NCBI GenBank assembly: GCA_904063045.1
Contig: CAJFCJ010000014.1
Location: 806,001 to 870,000, forward strand
Length of the DNA stretch: 64,000 bases
Reading direction: 5' to 3'
Source of the DNA: Dimorphilus gyrociliatus
Taxonomy: Eukaryota > Animalia > Annelida
The notes under the pieces were generated by a model. The model was not told where the DNA came from, searched no databases, and saw only the letters and a program-made list of their open reading frames with translations. Below, in pieces: positions 54,198-64,000 of the stretch. The translations under genes were made by a program, and so were the position numbers. Positions within the stretch are counted from its first letter, which is position 1. Every line of letters starts with the position of its first letter.

Positions 54198-57100
54198 CAG
54201 AATAAAAATTAGAGTAATTTAGTCATAAAAGCCTAGAAAAAAACTTCGTACTCTCTTTTTAACAATGCAACACAAAAATACTAATAATCTAAAGAGTTTA
54301 AAAGGCCATAGGGAGATAAAAAACATGAAATAAAGAGCAGAAAAAACATTGTTAGGTATAATAGATAAGTGAATAAATAATAATACAAAATATTAAAATC
54401 AGGAAAAATAAGCGAGGTAAAAAGTTTTTAAACTAGTTTTATACCACAAGGCAACTTTATTTTGTTTGCTTATAATAGTTACACATAGTATCGATACACT
54501 TATTAATATTACACAACTTAGACAGAAAAGTCTTTTCTCCCAGTTCGAAATGTAATGAAAAAATTGTTAACATTACAGTGGGATTAGACTGCATTTTCGC
54601 CAAACATAGAAAACTAAAGAAAAAACCGTAAAACATAATGAAAACTAAATACACTAACCGTTTGTCAATAAACGTCAGTCTGATTGCGAAACCGCAAAGA
54701 TTTTTAAGACGTATAAGATCTAAACCGCAAAATCTCAGCTTTATTCGCTTCTATTAGCGAATCGTAGTGCTGTACGGTTAATCTTTCGAAGTAAACAGAG
54801 ATAAGTAGCGATTGTAATAGGAGGTGGTTAGTCCGCTCTAGAGTTATAAAAGAGACGCCGCGCGTCTCCACCAATCCAATTCTTTGGCATCACATTATTT
54901 AGACGGTAACGCTCCTCCCACTGCGTTTTTTTTTATTTTCTTCCCCTGTAGATTTGTTTAATCTTTGGGGTATTAAGAGACCGTTTATAAATGTACTTTA
55001 TTTACACCTATGTATAAGTACATATGTGCAATGTTTATATGTTTACTCTACCGCTCTTTATACGCCTAAAACTTTTATGAGCGAAAATCTTAGAATAAAA
55101 TTCATATATTGGCCTTAAATTGTTCAGTCAAAGCAGACTAACAACAAAACGGAGCATTCACCCCACTAATTTCGCTCAACAAGCCGTAAATTCAACTGAA
55201 TCGATATGAACATATAAGCCGACTATTCACCGCTCTAGGCGTTGAATACCAATCGACATCTTCTTAAATGCGAATACAAATAAAAAAAAACTGTTAAAGG
55301 AAAATAAATGTTGTATGGCTTATAAAGAAAAACTAAGTCCTAGTCGGGTGTAAGTTCATTACGATCAAGAAGTTCTTAGCAGGTGCAGTGCCGCCCTCAG
55401 CACGTGACGCCCTTACAAAGGCTCGTATAACAAAGAAACGTAACTTACCAATTGAATATTGATTCTGCAATTTATTGAAATCTTCAAGGACACCTTCAGT
55501 CAAAACAATCTCCAGTTTGTGCCATAACAATTTTGCTATATCCGGACCGAGTTTTTGAGACAGACTTTTCTCTACGTCTTCCACGAGACCACGGTCAAGA
55601 GAAGCATTTAAGATTGATTTAGGGGCTAAGAAAGTATTATACAGTTCATACGACCAACGCCTCAATCGGTCCAAATTCGAGTCTTCAATTGAGGCCAACT
55701 TTCGACTAAGGAAGTACAAAACCTGTAAAACATTAAAACAACATTAATCAATTTAACAATAACAATAAATTTGGAATATTTTAGTAAAGTAGTTGGAAAA
55801 ATATGACCCCCGATTAATTCATTAACGGCCCGATGGACGTCAAGTATAAGTGTAACAAATGGATTGTTGACAAATTAAATAAACAAACTGACGCCCCTTT
55901 CGCATTCCCCGACACGTCATGACTGTCGTGCATACGAGGGGACGACTCAATCAGGCGTAGAAAATCTAAAACACGCTCCGTAAAGAAGGTCACAGGCGAT
56001 TATTTGAATTGACACTTATTACGAAAGTGATATGTCTGCGATAAAGCACAAAATTGGCATTTAAAAACCTATACGAATTAATAAAACAAAGACGAAATAA
56101 CAGAGAAACGTTTATAATGACAAAAATGAAAAGTACCGTATAATGCTACTTTTACAGTGCCAGTGTTTCACGTAATAATCTTACTCAAATTACATAGAGT
56201 ACTTTTCTAAATTAGCTGGCAGCAACATTCCCTCCCATCCAGGTGGTGTATTCAAATACTTGAAACGCACTATGAGACGCTGTAAGACGCCAAATTTAAA
56301 TAGACACGTGTTAAAAGGTGCAAAGGTTCGCTTTGACATAGACTTCCATCACGAACGCACGAGGATTATTCAGTTTAAAATCTAGCGATTAGTCGAGAAA
56401 AATCCGATTAATTCCTAGCCAAGACTACACCTGTTCATTTCTCAGGGTAACGCCCCCCAAATCGCTAGTTAAACGTCCCCCTGACCATTGATCAAACTTA
56501 ACTCCGTGTGTGGCGGAGAACCGTCCCGAACGAACACAAAATTCGTAATTAACCGAATGGGGAGCAATTAAAGTAGCGTGCGAAAACGACGTGACGTCAT
56601 TGCTGCGTCATTAGTCGTCATATCTGATCAATGCCAGTGCCCCCTTCGGGTAATACAGTCTTCCCCCACGTCCATCAGACCGAGTATGACATGTGGTCAT
56701 TTCGACACGCCTATATAAACGTGTACATTTATCTAATATATCTTATCTGTATCTACAATCGTTTTCGCTTTAGTATCGGATGACCGATAGACGCTCAAGG
56801 CGTCATTCTACGCACCATACTGTTCTAATTGGTGAAGCTCGCCCCGAGCTTCGGTTGACGCCTGCAATTTCGCAGCAAGACTCTTACGTCAAAGGATTTA
56901 AGAAAAAACTTACCACTAATCCGAAATTGCCGTATTCATACGCGAAGCGAAGGAAAACAGCCATATATGCAGGATTATTTCGAATATCTTCTAGCGAAGA
57001 AATAGGGCACACTAAAGATTGCTGCGGGGAGACGTGCGGCGAAATAGGAGGTTCATAAGGAATCTATTTAAATTGGAATAAAACATATATAAATTATGTG

Positions 57101-57220
57101 TTGATAAATAGTCTGCAAAAATTATCATTAATCAATTACTCATAAAACTAATACACATATGCTGTATATTAACACATATGTATACAACAAATGTACTAAT
57201 ATATGTACATAGCATACAAA

Positions 57221-57261
<41 letters not shown>

Positions 57262-60200
57262 TTATATACATATAGTATACAAAGTTAAAATCATTAAATC
57301 TTTTTTCTAACAGCGGTGTAATCATGTAATTAAATGAAAAAAATTTTCTAATTTATATACAATTTTTATAGTTGGACATCGATAAAACAGCTTTAAATAA
57401 AAATATAAAAATAAAGAATTTTTTTTTTTAAGAAAAAAAACTACTATTAATAATGATTGCCAATAAATAAAAAAAAAGCGGCTAAATAATCAATGTATTT
57501 GCAGTATATAAAAAAATCAATAACGCTATTCCTTCTTTCTCTTTTAACATTATCTTTACTGCTTTTGTTTATATATACAAATATATATATATATATATAT
57601 ATTAATATATATATTTGTTTATATGTAACTCTAAGATATTTGCAATTTTAAACTTTCACATTTTTTGATTTTTTTTTTGTTGATTTTAGAGGAATGAAAA
57701 TCTTTTTTAAGGCAATCTTGCTTTTCTCAATGATAAAATTATTTGTAAGAACCTTCTGTATTTCGGTTTTTATTGAAACTTTAATTATTGAGTCAACAAC
57801 TTCTTCCGATCCTTCCTCAGGAACAGTTTGGAGACTTTGATCGGATAGTATAGGCTATAGTTAAATAGATTAAGGTATATAAGTTTTTCTGAAACAACGC
57901 GGTCATGCGTATTGAACGAATAAAGTGGATCTTTATAGATCAAGAATAGTTTTAGTCTCGTCTTTTAACCGCCCTACTTTTTTTGAAAAGCACTTTACTG
58001 ACCTCTGGCTCAGGCTTTGGTTGAATGTATTCGCTTTCGTTACTGGACGGTGATACTGGAGCCGGCTCTTGTTCATCCGACAGCACAGATCCCGAATCAG
58101 TAGGCGATGCAATTATTGGAGTTGCAGTAGAATCCGGATTCTGAAAGAAAAATGCCACAAGGTCGTACGTGATCAACAAATATACCATATAAACAAAATG
58201 GGCCTATATTTTAAAATAGGTTGCGTAGTACCTGCGATGACGGAGGTAAATTGTCTAGAGAGTTATTCCTGAACGTCTTCTTTGGATCAGAATTCGATCG
58301 AGTAACAGAGTGGGAAGAAGAAGAGAGCGATCTTTCGATCTTAGAGTAATTAGAAAAATCCATTAATGTCTCTGGATTAGATTCAGTCTTTTTGTGGCTG
58401 GGTCGAGGCCCTTTATTAGAATCCTCCGCAGGGGCAAATGAGGACGGTTTTGCAGGTCCCGGGTGAGGAGGTGGTAACCTATCGGCTGAATTATAGCCCT
58501 CAGGATCTGTGTCCGCAGGAAAGGTTTTTAATATATTTTCCACTACTTTTTTCTTCTCCTCTACATCCTGTGCATTTTTCTGAGAAGGTTTAGAGTGGTA
58601 GGCAGTTTTTGCAGCTTCCAGTTCAGCAAGGGCCCCTTGATAAAAAACCCTTAAATTCGGATGAGGTTGTGTTTGAGTTTGTGTTTGCTGTTCAGAATCG
58701 AATGATTCGTTTCTGTTGTACGGCATTGTGACGTCGATTTGTGACGGTGGCCGAGTTGGGCACTGAGGTGTGAGGACGGTGAGCGAGACATATTCACCGG
58801 CGGCTGAAAATAGAAATCTGTTTATAACTGAACTGGGACAACTATTTCAAGTTATCAAAACGGCCTCCGACGTCGACGGAGTAAAAAGAGGACAAAAGAC
58901 GCGCGTTTGTATGCAAAGCTGGCCTAAAAGTGTCAATAATAATCACATTCGACAACGGTGCAAGAAATGTACTTGAACGTTCAATGTCCCATAAGTTTTT
59001 TTTTCTTTAATTTACGTGATAAGAATACACAATAATGAAATTAATTTTTTTTATCATACAAAAAAAAAATTATTCCAGTATAATTCCAGTTCTGCACTTA
59101 CAACGAATTCTATCTGTACGATTTAAGTTTTGGGCTGTTGTGTTTACCCGTCGTATCCTTATTTCTTTAGTAGGGCAGCTGCTTTCCTCAAGAACTGTCC
59201 CGTATGAGGAAGCAACACTCTTCCTTCTTATAACTTTTCTCCTACGGAAACTTGATTTACGATAGTTTTCGCGACATTGCTCATGCGTATATAGTTCGGC
59301 GATAGACGAACTTGTCACAAACGTATTATCCATGTCTTCACTCATTTCGTTAAAAATGTATATCTTATCCGTCACTCGCGCAGGTGTGTTACTCGAAGGC
59401 CTGTGCCGTTATATAGCGTTCGGCCAATGTGTATAAATACTAAAATGCATGATTTAATTGAACAGTTCAAGGCGTTGCGGCGCCATCTACTGTTTGTTGA
59501 ACGCTTTTTTATCAGATGGAGCTTTACCAAATAGTTATTAAGCAGACAAAAAACCAAGCATCTATTCTTGTTATTTTTCATAAGGTGAATATAGAAATTA
59601 TTTAGAATTTAGGCCGCCTGTTACACACGTGCATAAATCGGCTTTCGAACTCCAAAAAAATACAAAATCGACACAAAAAACATAAATGTATATATAGATA
59701 TAGCGAACAAGCGGGTAACCGGTTAAATAACCAATGACTAATTATAAATTTCCTGCGGTAGGTCATAAATTTAACTTTGTGTACTAAACTTTAGGGTGGC
59801 GCACCTGATTCTTCACGTAAATCCAAAACAGATTGACTAGATATGGAGTCGGCTTTAACTGTAGGCACATCATATTCATCATCATCCTCTACAACTACAC
59901 AATCAGGGAGTTTAGAGCCACTACCAGATACACTATGATTCCTATTTTTCCATGCAGAAGAGCTCTGTAGTCTATTGATGCAACTTTCTGAATTGGCCTT
60001 GCTTAGTGAGGTTCTTGATTTAGAAAATCTCTTGAAAGTCGTTTCTGCTTTTCCAATAAATCCGTTAAAAGATAATCTAAATGGATTCGGTTCCCTTGAC
60101 TTTTTACTATTTCTTCTTACTACACTCATAACGTTAAGGCCTTTTGTCTATTCTTTTAACAGGCGCTAGACGACCGCCCGAACACAAAACGATATAAGCT

Positions 60201-63200
60201 ATAAAAATTTTAGCGATTACTCCGCCACCTACTTTGCTAGGCTATTGATTCGCTATACACCGCAAAAATCGACTCGTTTTTCTCTATTTTTCTCTCTCTC
60301 TCATGCTTTATACTTTTAAACAATCGATGACCAATTCATTTAGGTGATAAAATAGCAACATAGATAGTGAGATAGAGTAGAAAAAATACACTAAAAGTCT
60401 ATATAAATACGGCCTGTACGAACGATTACAGGAAAAAAGTGCAAAGGCAGGACAAGTAATAATACGGGTTTACGCATACATTTCAAACATTCGACCGTCA
60501 CGTCTCGATAATATTCACGAGGCTTTCTCGTTCAAACAACAAAGAAATCGTTCACGGACGCTATCTCACCAACTTGGCACAAGACTGAAATTAATGCGCT
60601 TGCACGGACCCCTCGTTAGGTAAAACCATCGTAATACAATGAGGGACGTACTTGTGCTAGTTTAACACAGGCCTATTATTTTTACAATAGCTTCTTCACC
60701 GCCTACTTCGTGCTCAAATTTATCTAAATTTTCTTGTTTATAGCATAGCTAGTCCACGAAAAGGCCCCTACAAACAAAATATAAACAGGATGCAAACGCC
60801 TTCCGACAAGCGCGTACAAACTTGCGAAAACAAGTCGGCGAGTACAGACGTAATTGCGTCACAATTTAACCAAATTCTTTATTAATTAATTTAAATTATC
60901 TACTTGCTCTTTTATCTTAGTTCCGCCTGTTAATTTTTCATACGAGAGTGAGCACGTTTTATGTCAACGATAAGACAATAAAGAGATAACAGTACAACAC
61001 TCCTCTAACAATGTATATAGTAATTTAAATATACGTTATATATTAATAAGCGGATGTGATATCAAAAAATATATCCTATAAACTCACTTGATATGATGAC
61101 GATAATAACGTTGAAGAACAACAATAAACATATTTATAATTATTATCCGTACAAATATCCTGTGCAATTATATAATATCAATCCCGACAGTTGACGCACG
61201 ACTAAAATACTGATATGAGTATGTTCAGCATAAAAAACATGCAAATCTATATAAATGCGTATAAATAAATGTATGTATATGCATTTATATAGATAATATA
61301 TATACAAATATAAAAGTATTCAAATTTAATAAATTTTCCATAAACCAATCCCTTAATACATAAATAAATATCCTTAATTATATACATAGATTTAGTATAT
61401 CCATTCAATTTGCAGCTTGATGCATTTATATATATATATATATGCTGGACATGCATTCAGATGTAGAACAATTTATAAATAGATATAACATACAAGGTCC
61501 TTGCGTTAAGTACATACTCTATGTAAAATAGTAGACTTAAAGAAATAATATTATATCAATATGCAGAAAAAAAAAACAGTAAGAAAATAAGTTTTACAAA
61601 AATCAAAGTAAAGAAGTAAAAATTTATGTAAAGAAAGAGGATACGATAGTAAAAAAATGAAACTTAGAAAAGTATAAGGCGTGAGAGGATATATAAATAT
61701 ATAATGGGAAAAAGAGACGAGGGTAATAAAAGAAAAAAGGAGGGAGGAGAAACAAAGTTTGGTTCAACAAGTCACGATTTTTAAAAAAAATAACCTGAAT
61801 ATTTAATATATAGATATATTCGTTCTGTCTTTTAATATTCTAATTAAAAAAGCGATTGTAAATAAAACCGTCGTGTGCAGCGAATGCTTTGCATACCCGA
61901 TAGCTCGCAGCCTATTTGACTTTTAATTTGTTTTCTTTTAACGAAATGAAAACACTCTTTTTTTTTTTCTTTACCTTTGATATGCTGGACGACGTCTTGA
62001 TGATTGCTAGTAGTTACCAACGAACCATTAACCTATAAGGAAGAAGAAATAAAACAGATCTTTTAATTAAAAAACGTTTTTATAATATTTAAAAAATGTA
62101 AAGAGAAAGAAAAAATTAGAGATAACTATTAAATTTTTATGCAAAATATAAATAAAACAATAATAATAACAAATGATTTAGATGGGAGAAGAAGGAATGG
62201 TTTCTCTCGATTTTTGTTTTGTTTTTTTTGGGAATATTCTATTAAAAAAGTGGAAGGGAAATAAAAAATATGCTTTATATACTTTTCTTTTAGGAAAACC
62301 CTACTAATGGATATTAAGTTTTTATTAATGTAAATAATATAACAGAATTTCGTAATATCTAGAAAATACTTTAGTATAGACCTGAGAAGCGAACGCCCAT
62401 TATTTTATCAACTACGTTTTAAAAAAAACACTAACATAAAAAGACTTCCTAAGTTTGAAGAGAGAGAGAAAGAGAGAGAGTGAAAATCTTGCTTTTTTTT
62501 ATAGGTTATATATCTATAAAAAGGAAAAGTGCCAGAAATCATTCATAGAACAATAATACAATTGTAGGCATAGATTTAGTCTAGAATTTTCATCCGAGTC
62601 GTCATTGTTTTACGAGTACATTGTAAAGATACTAGGCTTATTTAGGTAGGTACGGAGCGGTGCCAAGCAGCGTTTGGTGACTCACCTTGATTATACGATC
62701 ATTCTTCCTGATACCAGAACGATAGGCAGGTCCCTCTGTCGGGTAAAATTCGAATTAAAATACGTGGATTAAATATAAAAAAGTACACAAAACTCGATCG
62801 ACTTTTTTACAACGTTAATGTTTGCTTTTGGTATATTTTATTCGATAATCCCGAATGTTTAAATTAGTTTTAAATATTCGCCAACTTAGAGAATAGCATA
62901 AAATAACATTACCTTCTCTTACTGAGGCTACAAATACAGGTTTATCCCCAGTAACAGTTAACCCATAACCATTAGCCCTTTCGTCCCTCTTCAAAATAAC
63001 AGATCGTTGTATCAATTTTCTAGTTTCGTTGTCGAAACTTCTCGAATTACCACCAACTTCTAACCTGAGATTTTGAAAGAGAAATATGTGTAAAAATTAA
63101 TCAACCAGTCAGTCGTTTCCAAACTCGTTTGTTTGTACAATGTTAAATCGCCTAAACTATCGAATTTATTTAAACTATTCAGTTGTTTCGAATACGATAA

Positions 63201-63773
63201 GCTTAACGGTGCATCGCGGTTTTGATTGCATAGTCGATCAGTTGGCCGTTATTTCAGTATGCATAACCGATAAGATATTGATATATTGTCCATTAGACCA
63301 GTCCTGTCGGTAGTTATTGTTTTGTAGTTGATACGGTGACTGAATATCGATAAGCATCCCTCCAGGTTAAATTTTACGACTTAATTTAATCGATTATCGG
63401 TATTTTTCGATTAAATTGTAACTTACATACCGCGTAGGCGGTTTAAAGATACATGTCACCGAACCTCCAGAGAAATAGTGATGATTAATAAAACGAAGGG
63501 TGTTAATAGTGTAGAGAACTTTTTTGTTTCTTGTTGGGCGATATCCAAAGTAAATTGATTTTTGAGTGGCCTAAAACGCAATGTGTTACCGGATCCATTC
63601 TTAAAAAGTCCAATTATAATTCACCAGTTAGAATTAGCACAAAAAAACCAATAGGTAAGCGAAATCGCGAAAAAAAGCACACCTTTGACAGGGGTGGCGG
63701 CGGTCGAGTAGACTTTTACTTACCGTGATAAACTATCGCCAGCACCGACTAAACTATCCATAACTTTTGCCAT
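48585..63773 (-). CDS. PDZ-RGS-C1-DH-PH RhoGEF (RhoGEF2 / ARHGEF11/12-like)
   Basis: Assembled in frame: exon 1 63724-63773; PDZ exons at about 62909-63064, 62686-62735 and 61975-62032 (GYGLTVTG, GDR-like KNDRIIK|VNG); RGS-like exons 56913-57064 and 55449-55722; C1 domain (HTF...CDNC...CSNC...H..C...C) at about 53021-53510; DH-PH on exon 48888-50620 (RKRQELINE...PRYSLL); last exon 48585-48679. Confidence 0.92.
54157..54193. repeat. (GA)n microsatellite
   Basis: Perfect GA run in a RhoGEF intron. Confidence 0.9.
57225..57258. repeat. (TA)n microsatellite
   Basis: Perfect TA run in a RhoGEF intron. Confidence 0.9.
59102..59345 (-). CDS. Candidate alternative first coding exon B of the RhoGEF
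   Basis: ATG at 59345, 81 codons plus 1 nt, then a GTAAGT donor at 59101. Phase 1 matches the acceptor at 58803. TATATAA at 59415-59409 upstream. Confidence 0.6.
59805..60129 (-). CDS. Candidate alternative first coding exon A of the RhoGEF
   Basis: ATG at 60129, 108 open codons plus 1 nt, then a GTGCGC donor at 59804. Phase 1 matches the acceptor at 58803. Confidence 0.55.
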
Positions 63774-64000
63774 CAAATCATCTATCACAGCCTAAAGGAT
63801 TTGATATCCATACGACGTTAACAACGTCAAAATTTTATCCTGTTTCAGCCGTTTAATCTTCGAAAATTCATTTTAAAATAACTTCATCTCTAGTTTTGAC
63901 CTACTTGAAACATCTGCAAATAAGTGCGAGCCTGCACTCTGCGAAATAACCAATCACGAATCGTCTTACAATTAAATTAAAGAGACTTGAAATTTCAGAA

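Overview
AT-rich eukaryotic (metazoan) genomic DNA, gene-dense, with many 45-70 nt GT-AG introns and frequent (TA)n/(GA)n microsatellites. This is consistent with a compact invertebrate genome, e.g. a small annelid such as Dimorphilus (inference only). About 18 protein-coding genes could be assembled by hand: an unidentified 5'-partial gene, ADCK1, DDX39/UAP56, a truncated tandem DDX39 paralog, bublin, two allatostatin-A/galanin-receptor-like GPCRs, BBOF1, a stum/SPEC3 protein, CCDC85, BHMT, a SHIPPO-repeat (CIMAP1/ODF3-like) protein, ninein-like, a tyrosine pseudokinase, an orphan coiled-coil ORF, a CUB-like type I membrane protein, a Tctex1-domain protein and a 15-kb PDZ-RGS-C1-DH-PH RhoGEF. 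The most striking observation is the DDX39 locus. Its one long intron (after ...MQD) contains a candidate poison exon. Directly upstream lies an intact, diverged, intron-conserving duplicate that encodes only the N-terminal RecA domain, stops exactly at that intron position, and has a copy of the same paired E-box promoter element. Other notable items: two in-frame alternative first exons giving PDZ-less RhoGEF isoforms, a possible shared transcription unit for the SHIPPO gene and ninein, DRY-to-VRY GPCRs, and a BHMT with BHMT2-like features. No CRISPR arrays, rRNA, tRNA or recognisable transposons were seen.
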